DNA from: an uncultured delta proteobacterium
Lineage (GTDB): Bacteria; Desulfobacterota; Binatia; Binatales; Binataceae
NCBI GenBank assembly: GCA_963711565.1
Contig: CAVQEQ010000004.1
Coordinates: 768,001 to 832,000, forward strand
Reading direction: 5' to 3'
DNA length: 64,000 nucleotides
The position numbers and the translations under genes were made by a program. This document shows, in pieces, positions 1 through 11,084 of the stretch. Position 1 is the first letter of the stretch. Every line of letters begins with the position of its first letter. The notes beneath the pieces are model-generated. The model had not been told where the DNA came from. It was given only the letters and a program-made list of their open reading frames with translations, and did not search any database.

Positions 1-1
1 G

Positions 2-484
2 GGAATCCTCGAGACGGCTCGCGACGCCGGCCGCAAATACGGAATCAACCTGGTCCTGATGTACCAATCGCTCGGTCAGATGACCGGCACTTGGGGCCCG
101 CAGGGGCGGCAGGCTTGGTTCGACTCGTCTTACTTGAAGTTGTTCGCCTGCCTTCACGACGTTGGTGCAGCGGAGTTTCTGTCAAAGGCGTGCGGGGAGT
201 TCACGGCGGTCTCCGAGGGCTACACACATGGGTCAGGCACTTCGACCGGATCGGCGACCTCAAAGAGCAGCAGCACCCACGAGACGACCAGCGAGCAGCA
301 GCTTGTGCGCCGGCTGATCAAGCCCGAAGAGATCCTTCAGACGCTTCGGTACGACGAGCAGATTGTCCTCATTTCGAATTGCCGTCCACTGCGATGTGGC
401 CGGGCAATCTACTTCCGCAGGCCGAAAATGCTGACTCGTACGCAGTCCGACGAACTCCAGCAAATTAGACAAATCGCGAGATAG
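2..484 (+). CDS. traG: Type IV coupling protein VirD4/TraG, C-terminal part (5' truncated by window)
   Basis: Frame open from base 2: GILETARDAGRKYGINLVLMYQSLGQ...RRLIKPEEI...RCGRAIYFRRP, typical TraG/VirD4 C-terminus; adjacent to relaxase. Confidence 0.85.
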   Translation, partial: GILETARDAGRKYGINLVLMYQSLGQMTGTWGPQGRQAWFDSSYLKLFACLHDVGAAEFLSKACGEFTAVSEGYTHGSGTSTGSATSKSSSTHETTSEQQLVRRLIKPEEILQTLRYDEQIVLISNCRPLRCGRAIYFRRPKMLTRTQSDELQQIRQIAR

Positions 485-535
485 CTGCAGAAAGGAGCAG
501 GGTGCCGGGAGCCTGAAAATCACGGAGCGAAGCGG

Positions 536-565
536 AGTGCGCACTTATATGTCGCAGGCGACATA
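536..565 (-). other. MOBQ-family origin of transfer (oriT), predicted nic between 540 and 539 on the minus strand
   Basis: Minus strand reads TATGTCGC-CT-GCGACATA-TAAGTGCG^CACT: a perfect 8-bp inverted repeat followed by the RSF1010/Ti-type TAAGTGCG nic motif, about 40 bp upstream of the relaxase. Confidence 0.8.
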
Positions 566-604
566 GCGCGGGATAGAGACGGCGCGGACGCAGATTCGAC
601 GCAA

Positions 605-3172
605 ATGGCAATCTATCACTTCACAGCGAAAGTCATCAGCCGAAGCAAGGGGCGAAGCGCCGTTGCGGCTGCCGCGTATCGCTCGGGCTCGAAACTCCAC
701 GATGCCCGCCAAGACATGAACTTCGACTACACCCAGAAATCGGAGGTCGTGTTCTCCGAGATTCTAGTACCCGAGGGCGCACCGGCCTGGATGGCCAATC
801 GCGAGACGCTTTGGAACGCGGTCGAGGCCGGCGAGAAACGCAAAGACGCTCAACTCGCACGCGATATCGAATTCGCTTTGCCGCAGGAGCTCAGCAGCGT
901 ACAAGCCATCGCTCTGGCGCGCGACTTCGTCCGACGCGAGTTCGTCGCTCGCGGCATGATCGCCGATCTGAACGTTCACTGGGAGCCGGATAATCCGCAC
1001 GTCCACCTGATGCTCACAATGCGCGAGGTGAGCGAGAGCGGTTTCGGCGTCAAAGTCACGGAATGGAACAAGGTTGCTCTGCTCCAAGAGTGGCGCGAGC
1101 GCTGGGCCGACTTGGCCAACGAACACCTGCTCCGCGCTGGCCACGACGTTCGGATCGATAACCGCAGCTACAGGGACCAAGGCGTCGAACTGGAGCCGAC
1201 GAGTCACCTCGGCAAGGCGGTCGAGGAGATGGACGCGCGCGGTCAGTACGCCGAGCGAGCCCAGCAGTTCGAGGAGGTGCGCGAAAGAAACGCGCGGCGG
1301 ATCGAACGGCGGCCGGAGATCGTGCTGGAGAATCTGACGCGCCAGCGTTCGACGTTCACGCGCAACGAGATCGCGCGCGAAGTGTTCCGCTGCATCGACG
1401 ATGGCGAACGCTTCCGGAACCTGATGGCGCGACTCGAAGGCTCGCGCGAACTGGCGGTCCTGACGCCCAATTTGATCCGAGACGGCGAGGTGATCGAGCC
1501 CGCTCGGTGCACGACGCGCACGATGCTGGCGATAGAAGCGCGGCTGGCCGAGACCGCTCAGCAAATGGCCACCAGTGAGAGCCATCCAGTGAGCAGGCGG
1601 AACGTCGAAGAGACGCTCAAGAGGCACGACCATTTGAGCGAGGAGCAGAAGGCTTCCGTGAAGGCGATGACAAGTGCGCGACAGATCGAGGCGATTGCCG
1701 GTTTCGCGGGTTCCGGAAAGTCGAAGGCTATCGAAGCCGCCCGCGAGGCGTGGCAGGCGGAAGGCTATCGCGTGATCGGCTCCGCGCTAGCCGGGATCGC
1801 CGCCGAGAACCTGAGCCGTGAGAGCGGAGTCGAAAGCCGGACGCTCGCATCGTGGGAACACTCTTGGCTGCGGGAACGAGAACAGCTCAGCGCGCGGTGT
1901 GTTCTGGTCGTCGACGAGGCCGGAATGGTTGGAAGCAAACAGCTTGAGCGCGTGCTGTCCGAGGCGAAACGGCAGGGTGCTAAGGTCGTGCTCGTGGGCG
2001 ACGCCGAACAGCTCCAGCCCATTGAGGCAGGCGCGGCGTTCCGCGCGATAGCCGAGCGCGTCGGCCACCAGGAACTCACGGCGATCCGCCGCCAACGGGA
2101 CCAGTGGCAGCGTGACGCGAGCCAGGACTTCGCGCGCGGCGAACCAGCCCATGCGCTTGAGCGATATCAGACGCACGGTGCCGTTGGATTTGCCGAGAGC
2201 AGGAGCGAGGCTAAGCGACGGCTTATTGAAGAGTGGGCTAAGCACCTTGCTGCCGAACCTGACGGAAACATGCTGATTCTCGCGCACAGCCGAGCGGACG
2301 TGAGAGACCTGAACGACCGGGCGCGGCAGATTCTTCGCGAACGTGGTGGGCTTGGGGAAGATGTATCCATCACGGTGAGCCGCGAGGTCATGCAGCCCGA
2401 CGGAACGGTCGCGATCGAACGCTCAGAGCGAATTCTCGCGCCTGGTGACCGGGTGATGTTTCTCAAGAACAACCGAGATCTCGCGGTGAAGAACGGCTCG
2501 CTCGGAACCGTCACAGAGTTTGCAAGCGGCGCAATTGCGGTGCGGCTGGACGCCAAGGAAGGGCGAGAAGTCGAGTTTCGACTGGACGACTATTCCGCAC
2601 TCGACCACGGCTACGCCGCGACGATCCACAAGGCGCAGGGAGCTACAGTGGAAAGGGCCTTCGTGCTGGCGACACCAGGAATGGACCGGCACCTCGCCTA
2701 CGTCGCGATGACCCGTCATCGGGAGCAGGCGGAAATCTATTTCAGCCGGGAGGATTTCCCGAACTTCGAGGTTCTCAAGGAGCGTCTATCGCGTGAACGA
2801 ATGAAGGACACGACGCTCGATTACGCCGAGCGCCGCGGCCTTGAAGTGAGCGCGTCGAATGCACGGCGCGACAATGTGAATGTTCCAGAACGTGATCCGA
2901 TCGAGCATTTTAAGAAGACTCAACAGGAGTTCATCCATACCGCCAGCAGAGCTGATCTCGATCTGGTCGCCAAGCCGCGCGTGGCCGAACTGCGCCAGGA
3001 GATGAAACAGAGCGCTCAGGAAATCGCCAAGGACTCAGCCCTCATGCGCGAGGCGGAGCGCGCAGGAATCTCGACTCAAATCAGAAATTTCGCGAGACAG
3101 AATCAGTACGAAACGAGTCAGGACCAGGTGAAACATCGAGTGCCCGACAGAGACGATTCTTTGGAGAAGTGA
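605..3172 (+). CDS. traA: Ti-type conjugative relaxase TraA (MobA/MobL relaxase fused to RecD-like helicase)
   Basis: MAIYHF...SAVAAAAYR, NPHVHLMLTMR HUH motif, Walker A GFAGSGKS, VVDEAGMV, HGYAATIHKAQG, YVAMTRHR. Confidence 0.95.
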   Translation: MAIYHFTAKVISRSKGRSAVAAAAYRSGSKLHDARQDMNFDYTQKSEVVFSEILVPEGAPAWMANRETLWNAVEAGEKRKDAQLARDIEFALPQELSSVQAIALARDFVRREFVARGMIADLNVHWEPDNPHVHLMLTMREVSESGFGVKVTEWNKVALLQEWRERWADLANEHLLRAGHDVRIDNRSYRDQGVELEPTSHLGKAVEEMDARGQYAERAQQFEEVRERNARRIERRPEIVLENLTRQRSTFTRNEIAREVFRCIDDGERFRNLMARLEGSRELAVLTPNLIRDGEVIEPARCTTRTMLAIEARLAETAQQMATSESHPVSRRNVEETLKRHDHLSEEQKASVKAMTSARQIEAIAGFAGSGKSKAIEAAREAWQAEGYRVIGSALAGIAAENLSRESGVESRTLASWEHSWLREREQLSARCVLVVDEAGMVGSKQLERVLSEAKRQGAKVVLVGDAEQLQPIEAGAAFRAIAERVGHQELTAIRRQRDQWQRDASQDFARGEPAHALERYQTHGAVGFAESRSEAKRRLIEEWAKHLAAEPDGNMLILAHSRADVRDLNDRARQILRERGGLGEDVSITVSREVMQPDGTVAIERSERILAPGDRVMFLKNNRDLAVKNGSLGTVTEFASGAIAVRLDAKEGREVEFRLDDYSALDHGYAATIHKAQGATVERAFVLATPGMDRHLAYVAMTRHREQAEIYFSREDFPNFEVLKERLSRERMKDTTLDYAERRGLEVSASNARRDNVNVPERDPIEHFKKTQQEFIHTASRADLDLVAKPRVAELRQEMKQSAQEIAKDSALMREAERAGISTQIRNFARQNQYETSQDQVKHRVPDRDDSLEK

Positions 3173-3458
3173 ATGCTTTATCTCGCTTCCTTAGCAGCGC
3201 GCGCGCCATCTAACTACTAACTTTGGACGCCGGCCTCAAGAGATCCCTCAATTTCGGGACTTTCTGGTTTCGAGCGGTGAAATGCGTTTCATCGGATCAT
3301 CGAAAAATCGCCTGGGCCCGAATCGACGGTAGCCAGCCAGTGCCATTCGTTCTTCGCATCAATAGGGAGTGACACGCTGCCAGATTCCCCGCGACCGATA
3401 GTGAACTTGCCCGTTGCCGCTGCTTGAGCAGTCACGCGACCGGGCTTAGCATCGGTGG

Positions 3459-6400
3459 GTGATGAAGCGGCGTTCAGTCAAAACTTCGCATGCGGGTTTC
3501 AGCCGAGTTAAAGGTGCGGCCCGCCCAGTTGCAGACGCTAGGCCCTCGAACGCCGGCGACCGATATCACCTTGCATACGTCGCGCGCCGATTGCTGCGAA
3601 TGCTTCATCCCTCCTCAGACTTGGCTTGCGTCACGATCGAAAACGTAGCGCCAGCAGATCAAAGCGCGGCTATTGACGAGCGTAGCTTTCTCGGAGTCGA
3701 CGTAACCGAATACGAGGGGCGAACCAGCCTCACATCTGCGCATAAGGTAACGGTCAGTCAGGTAAAATACAGCCCACTTCGTCCCGAATCGTCGTGGACG
3801 CTGGCGCGTCTCGCAAGGAACGACCGCGTAGCTGACCGTGAGAAGCAGAGGTCTTCTGTTTTGCGAAAGTTAGCCGACATGTACCGGGCTCTCGCCGGAG
3901 CTAACACACGCGCGACTCCGATAGTTGTTCGGCTGGTTACGAATCAGCCTCTCTCGGCTGATCTGCGCGCCGATATAAACGCAATTCGCTCGGCTCTCAA
4001 CGTCTTGCCACTCACGTCCGCAAATGCGCTCAGGGAAATTCCCGGTCGTGCCGGACGAACCGCTCACCAGATAAAGGCGGCTTCTGGATTAAACTGGCCA
4101 AACCTCGCTGGTTTTATTCGATCTTGGGATTTAGAAGCGTTTGGACAGGCCTCGCTCTTCACGAGCGAGGCAGAACTTTTTCACGATTTTGCGGGTGCGT
4201 ATCCGGAGGCTTGGCTTCGACTCGATGCACTTTTCGGTGAATTGCAGTCGGCTTCTACCCCGCGGCGGCGCGTGACGCTCGATCGGACCTTCACCTTTGC
4301 AGCCCTTCGACTGTTGGAGGAAGAACTTTTTCCTGCGCCACCGGTCTGTGGCGACGGCGCGGACCTCTTCGCCACGGCAGCAAGTGAGGCGCTTCTGAAC
4401 GAACTCAATGCCTCAGATGGAATCGTCGCGGTTCATGGGCTCGCTGGGATTGGAAAGACCAGTGCGCTTTTGGTAGCCCTCCGCGAGCATGGAGCCGGCG
4501 TACTTTACGATTGCTATGCGGGGGGTCGCGGCCTCCGACCCGGGCAGGAGCGTTTTGAGTATCCCGTCTGCTTCACTCAGGTCATCAACGAACTGGAAGG
4601 ACGGTTCAACACGGGTATGCTCGCCACAACGCGCCTGGACTACCGGCCATTATTAGGTCGTTTAATTGAGTCCGTCGGGGCTGCAGCAAAGAAAGCAGGG
4701 CAGTTCGGAAAGCGGTTGGTAATTGCGTTCGACGCGGTGGACAACGCTGTCGAGCAGAAGCGCCGCACGATTGGAGATACGCGTCCCTCGTTTGTACAAA
4801 TGCTATTGCAGATCGAGTGGCCACCGAACTGTGTGGTGGTCGTCTCATTTCGAAGCGAGAACGAAAGAGAACGTCTTGGACGCTGCAGGTCGAGTACGCT
4901 TTCTTAAGATCGATGGCTTTACGCAATCCGAGATACGAGAACTCGCCGCCACGCACGGAGCACTTGTCACTGGCTCTGATCTGCTCTTTCTGTGGAAGCG
5001 TACCGCCGGCAATCCTAGGGTCGCCGCGAAAGTCTTAGACGAGATAGCCGCGAATTCTTCTGTGAATGCAAAAACGCTGATAGATACGACGGCGCGTTTG
5101 GACGCATTCGCCTACTACGATCAGGAACAGCAAACTGGACGTCGGCTCGCCGACGAACGAGCGCTTTCTTTGCTCGCCCTTCTCTTCGAAATCCGCCAGC
5201 CTCCTTCCTTGGCAACACTGGCGCAAGCCGCTGGAGAGCGGCTGGAAGATGTTCGCCACCAACTTGCTGGACTGCAGTTCGGCGTACGAATTACGTCTGA
5301 TGATGCAGTAGAATGGGTCGATCAGGACTTTCTCGACTGGGTCGGCGAACGTCTTGCGACGTGGTGCTTAAACGCCCGCGGCCGCTTGGCAGATTTTTGC
5401 GCCGCCAAGTTCGAGCAAGATGCATACGCGCGTTGGAACCTCTCGTACCATTTTCTGCAAGCAAACCGCTATCAACAGATTTTGGAATGGTGGGCCGTAC
5501 CAGGTCGACTCGACGCACAGCGTGCAGCAGCGCAACCGCATGAGGAGCGTGTACTAAATGACTTGCACGCTCTGGTTGTTGCTTCCTTAGAACTTGCCCG
5601 CGACGAGGAGGCTGTATTGTGGCTTTTTCGAGCCGCAGATTTGGCAGGCGGCCGAGACGCTTTCGCATTGGCACTAGCCGATCACCTCGATGTAACAGTG
5701 GCAGCTGACATCACGGGCTTGATAGACGAGGACGTGCGCGGGGGCTCAACTCGACCAGCTGCGGGGCGTTCCGGGGCTCATCGAGCCTCTCGTCGCCTCT
5801 GGCATCGCGATGCCGCTTCCGACTTCAGCCTCGCAGCCGCACTATCTATGCGTCCGGACCGACGCGACGATGCGGCAAGAATATTCGCTAGGGCTGTTTC
5901 ATCACGTTGACAGGAAGAAGCGCGATTTCCAGAAGCTTCGCGCCACGGCCTCGGGAGAGATGTGTGGGAGGAAATAGCCCGTTATCACTGCCGAATGGAG
6001 GGACTTTCTATAGCGCTGCGCTGGATCTCGCGTGGTGGGAAGTCTCCTTGGGCGCTTGATATGGCCGTCGCCGCGGCTGGAGACTGGATAACGTCGAACG
6101 AGAAAGAGCCGCTCGCACTAATACTGAAATCCCGGCTACCAGCGGCGATTCAGACCGCGGCGTGCCTTGGAGTTTTGTCAGCGAACCATTCCGAGCACTC
6201 CGCGGGTGCGGCATTACGCCAATTGTCGCGGCCCGTTGTTCGAGCTGCTGCAGCCTCCGTAGAACGCGCGTTGGTCTCGGGGGTTCCGTTGCGCACTTTG
6301 GCCGACCAGCGTGGTTTCCCCCCACAACCGGTAGGCACGGCGCTAGTAGCTGCAGCAGAACAACTCCTTGCAGCCGGGTTCTCAACGGAAGTCCGGAAAT

Positions 6401-9400
6401 TGACGAGCAACTGGTCCGTACCATCGCCCCGATTCTGGTCCGACTCGTCCATAAGGGAATTTTTGCGATGGAACGCACTCCGAGAAGCGTCCGGTGGTAT
6501 CGCTTTCGACCCGAACTTGTACGAACCCCCGCCGCGAGAAAATACGACAACAAAGGCGCGACCGGGTAAGACGGACGATGACGATCGCGAGCGCGATCAA
6601 CTACGACAAGTGATGGGGACTCTCTACCCTGCGTTGCAATTACGTGCCCGCGCTTGGGCGGGGCGCGACAATAAAGAGATACCGGATACAGTGCGTCGAA
6701 TACTCTCTAGTTCAATCGCGCATATGCGGCCTGCTGGAATCTCTCACTTGGCCTCACCGGCAATTGTCGCCTCTTGGCTCTTAGAAGCCGCGATCGCGCT
6801 CCCCTCGAATGAAGGCGCACTTGTGGATGATATTCTTGCGGCAGTCGATCGCGCATTGCAGGGAACGCGAGATGATTCTGAAGCTGTCCTTGCTGATGTT
6901 CTGTCGCATGACAAACGCTACATAGGGATCGCGGATCGGCTCATTCGAAAGGAAGTTCAACGCTGCCGCCCGCCAGCAGTGCCAGCAATAGAGGCGGTCG
7001 CTCGCCTACTTGCTCTCTATTTCGCAGCCAACCGGGTGGACCAAAGTCTCGCTCGAGATCTCATCGAGCAGGCCCGCGATGTAGCTGGTGAAATCGACAG
7101 TCTCGCTGGTGATCGCGGAGCGGCTTTGGAGCGGGCCGCTGCCGCAGCTTGCGAACGCGCGATCGACAACGGATTGGACGCATCAATTCTCGACCGTCTA
7201 TGCGCTCTCGTAACATACTGGCGTGGGATCGATAAGAAGAGCGTGTCAGTGGCTTGGGCCCTTGAGCTGCTTGCGCGCCTTGACGTCTCCGCTGCAGTGG
7301 AACGGGCGTGGATGCTCGATGAGGGCGACTTGTGCGACATCTTCGATGGAGCAGTTGCGGTAGCCACGGGAGCGCTCAGCTCGCAAGTACTTTCAGCCGC
7401 AGAGGTTTGGCCAATCATAGCCTTGCATCGTGAGTCGCCCCGATGGATAAAATTCACGCGGGACGTGATAGAGCGCCTCGCTGCGGCTGCGGACGCGGCG
7501 CTGGTCCCAGCTTTTTCGGCTGCCGCCTTAGCTACTAGACGACAAATAACTGAGGAAGGCTCCGAGAGCATAGGGCGAATACGCGATTTCTTGGACTGGA
7601 TTGATAGGCTCGGACTCGGCTCGACCTCGGACGCGCAGAAAATGAAGGCGATACTCGGGGCCCTTCGAACGGAACCTGCTCCGAATTCTAAGAGCGTGTC
7701 CTCCATGTCATTTGAGTTGCCAACGAAGGAAGAGCTTCCGTTGTTTCTACAGGAGTCTGCGGCTTTGCTGGGCTCCTCGCCCCGGGATGCTTTATCGCGG
7801 CTCAATAGCGCAGACCGAGGCGAATTGGCTCTTGTCAGAGCGACCGATTTGCTCCCTTTGATCGAACGATTGCGCGAGTCACTTCCATTGAGCGATCGGA
7901 TACGATTAGGAGAAATAATTGAGCGGTGGGGTAGTTCTTCGAGTTTCGGCCGACAGGACGCGATCGGATGTCTAGACAAGCTGCTGTCCAGACCGTCTGA
8001 TCCAGCGGTAGAGATTCCTCAAGAGGTCCGTTCGGCGATACGAGATTCAATCTCAAGACTCATCGATCCAGACACTCTTGCATACGCAGCGTCCGATTGG
8101 TCGCCGGACTCGGGCAGGGCAATCTTCGATGGGGCCTGGGGCGACCCTGCGCAGCGTCGGATCACGCTGCTTCGCCGGATTGCGGTGCATCTCCCCGACC
8201 TTCAGGCCTCATCCATCTTTCGACTGGCCTCCCGGATCGCCGAGCTACTCGACGACGCGGCGCTTGTACGCGTTACACATGCAATGATCGAAGAGACCTT
8301 TGAGAAAGCCCCCATTTGTTACACTCCGGTAGTTTTCGGACGCGAGGCGAGTCGAGGCATTCCTCATCTGCTTGCACTTTGCCTAAGTCACCAACGACTG
8401 GACGTTCGTTGGCGAGCTCTTGATTGTGTCGTACACGGATTGAGTGACGTCGATGAATCGACGGCGCCGACCGGGGCTCGCGAGGCGGTGGCAGTCGCGG
8501 CCCGGAGTCTGCTGGCGGCGCTCCTCGAAGAGTTCTCGGATGAGTCAAGACCACGCTGGGTAACGACTCGCGAATGGCTCGCCTTTGCATTCGACCACGT
8601 CGCGCATCGAACGCCTTGGGTGTTAACACCCGCTGTGCTCGCTCTTATGCCGCATGCGCTTTCTCGTCAATTTCCTCATGTAAAAATCCGTGAACATCTG
8701 CGATCCACGCTCCTATCGTTGGAGATAGCGGGCGCCGCGTCGCTTAAACCCCGAGAGCATAAGGCTCTGAATGAGGTAAATCGGCCGGTGGGAGAAACAG
8801 ACGAAACCGCGACCGTTAATGTGCACTGGCCGGAGGGTGAGGTAACAAAGGACGCATTTGAAATAAGCTCATATGATTGGGACACGAATCAATATTGGTA
8901 CGACGCTATGCTCAGAAGTTTCGCCGGGGACGCGGCATACCTAAAGAACGGCGCATTTGCAGCGGCTAAATTTTGGGCCGGGCGTCTAGGAGTTACAGAT
9001 TCGATGGTTCAAGCGGAGAGGACGGACGAGAGAGGCCGATATCGCTGGCAAGAAACCAGCAATCGGCACGGCAGCGAGCCACATGTTGAGCTTCTGGACA
9101 AATACGTCGCGCGTCAGGCGCTCTTTCTCATTGCAGGGACGCTGGTCGACCAAATACCGATTAAGAAAACGCGTGACTACGACGACCGATGGAACGATTT
9201 TCTTCGATATAGAAGTCGCGGTGCCGATTCCGAACTGACTGGAAGGTGGATCGATGCTCCGCCGGCAGAGCCCGAGAATTACCAGATTTTCGCGGCGCCG
9301 CTATCAGAGTGGCGTGAAACGCTCTCGGACGAAGACTATCTTGCCGAGCTGACGTCCGGAGTCGCTGATGGGTGGATCGTCGTGGCCGGGGATCGCAGAG

Positions 9401-10155
9401 TGTCCGCGTGGGACCGCAATTTTACCAGTCACATTGATACAGCTTTGGTAGATAGCCGAACGGCTTCGTCGCTGGTTCGTATTTTTGAAGCACATGATTC
9501 CGATCGGTATTCCGGCTTGCCAACTTGGGACGTACACTACGACTGTACTGTGAAGGAGGCAGAAGGAGAGTGCCGGCGTCCCGAATCAAAATGGGCGCAC
9601 ATTGAGCGCGCGGACCGTTTCCAACGCAACGCCAAGTCGAAGCGCGACCAAGACTACGGAAGCCGATTTAGCATAGTGCCGACCGAGATAGCCTTCCACC
9701 AGGAGCTTCCGCTGCACGAGACCGATCCACTATGGCGGGGATCGAGCAGACACTATTCTCTCCCAACTCCTGCGATTGTTATCGCTCTCGGCTGGACACG
9801 CGTGTTTGGGCGACCTGAATGGTGCAACGAGGAGGGTTCCGTGGTCGCGAGATACGAAGTTTGGTCGCAAGAAAACGGGAGAAGGTGGTCATATGGGCAC
9901 CGTCTTCTGGTCCGAGTCGGCGCTCTCGAAACTTTTCACGAGAAAATTGGAATAGGCCGAAGTTCAATGGAGCTAGTCTGGTCCGTGCGGATCAGCAGAG
10001 AAATCCTCGAGGCAGGGGAGCGAGTCGGTGAAATCGATCTCGGTACGAAACGCGCTTTTCTCTGGAGCGGATTAAGGGGATTTATAAGTTCCACTCTTGA
10101 CCATCCCATAGCAAACGCACCAGCTCGAGTAGAAAACTCAGACGAGCGTTCGTGA
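3459..10155 (+). pseudogene. avs3a: AVAST type 3 nuclease-STAND-TPR protein Avs3a, broken by a frameshift (about 4862-4875) and an in-frame TGA (5908-5910)
   Basis: Three ORFs form one collinear protein: GDRYHLAYVARRLLRML nuclease start, LFPAP, HGLAGIGKT, LYDCY, FDAVDNA, GNPRV, then RWRA, PHVKIR, HGSEPHVE and YGHRLLV at the C-terminus, matching recalled Avs3a motifs; ORFs 4723 and 5962 share a frame. Confidence 0.85.
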
Positions 10156-10979
10156 CCAAGAAGACAAGAACAACGTTACCTCACCGCCCAGCCGGTCGTC
10201 GAAAGATTCGACCTCACGCCGAAGGGGTTCCTGCAGTAGAGACTGATCCAATCCGCGCCCGGGCACGGAAGCTCATGGTTCTTCTGGATAGAACTCAGGG
10301 CGCCGATGCAGAGGCTCCCGGGTTTCTTGAACGCTGGATCGCTACTTACATTGCCGAGTTACTGGACCGCGAAGCAAAATCCCGTTCGGCTGAAAAGGCG
10401 AAGGTTCAAGCGGAGATCGCAGCCGTCGTGCCGGCGCTATGGGAACAACAGCTTGCTCGTGCAGCGCTCACAATTCGTCGATCCGTTGACTGGAACGACC
10501 GCCGACTAGAGAAAGGAGATAAAACTACGATCGGGTTCCTCCGCCAGGTGTTGGCAAATCCCTCGCATATGGCGGTCCCGATCGGCTCCGAAACGGACTC
10601 TATGCAGTGGCTCATTACCGCGGAGCGGCTATTAACCAACTACGTTTTCACAATTCGTACGGCCTACCACGTCGCAGCAACTGAGACCTCAGATAGCGAA
10701 CTTGTACACTTGAAGGCATTTCTCCGGAACGATAGCGACGCCGGCGAGCAGCGCAAAGTGGTGCTGCGACTCGTTCCAGCTCTGAGGAAGATTGACACCA
10801 CGAATGTTGCAGCCATCGAGGAGATCGTAGCCAAAGCCATCGAGCACGCAATACTTGCTCGGCTTGCTATTGCGTCTTCATTCGCCCAGAGGAACAAGCC
10901 CGCCGCACGGACGGGAGCGCACGCCCCGAGAGGCAACCCGAGGGCTGGAAAGGCCGGGAAAAGAATCCGCGCGAGATAG
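10152..10979 (+). CDS. avs3b: AVAST type 3 small subunit Avs3b
   Basis: LERWIATYIAELL...ALWEQ resembles the Avs3b RWMAHYIAELI...LW motif; GTGA overlap with the avs3a stop. Confidence 0.75.
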   Translation: MTKKTRTTLPHRPAGRRKIRPHAEGVPAVETDPIRARARKLMVLLDRTQGADAEAPGFLERWIATYIAELLDREAKSRSAEKAKVQAEIAAVVPALWEQQLARAALTIRRSVDWNDRRLEKGDKTTIGFLRQVLANPSHMAVPIGSETDSMQWLITAERLLTNYVFTIRTAYHVAATETSDSELVHLKAFLRNDSDAGEQRKVVLRLVPALRKIDTTNVAAIEEIVAKAIEHAILARLAIASSFAQRNKPAARTGAHAPRGNPRAGKAGKRIRAR

Positions 10980-11084
10980 TGAGCTCAAGTTTCCCGCGGT
11001 GAATTCGCCCGGCCCGCGACGGACTAAAGCCTAGGTCGCATATCCTCGGACCCGCCGATTGACTCTGACAATCGCAGATCGGCA

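Noticed and set aside
5908-5910. TGA in avs3a as selenocysteine or an alternative genetic code
   Set aside because: TGA is a normal stop in many genes here, no SECIS-like context was evident, and the gene also has a frameshift
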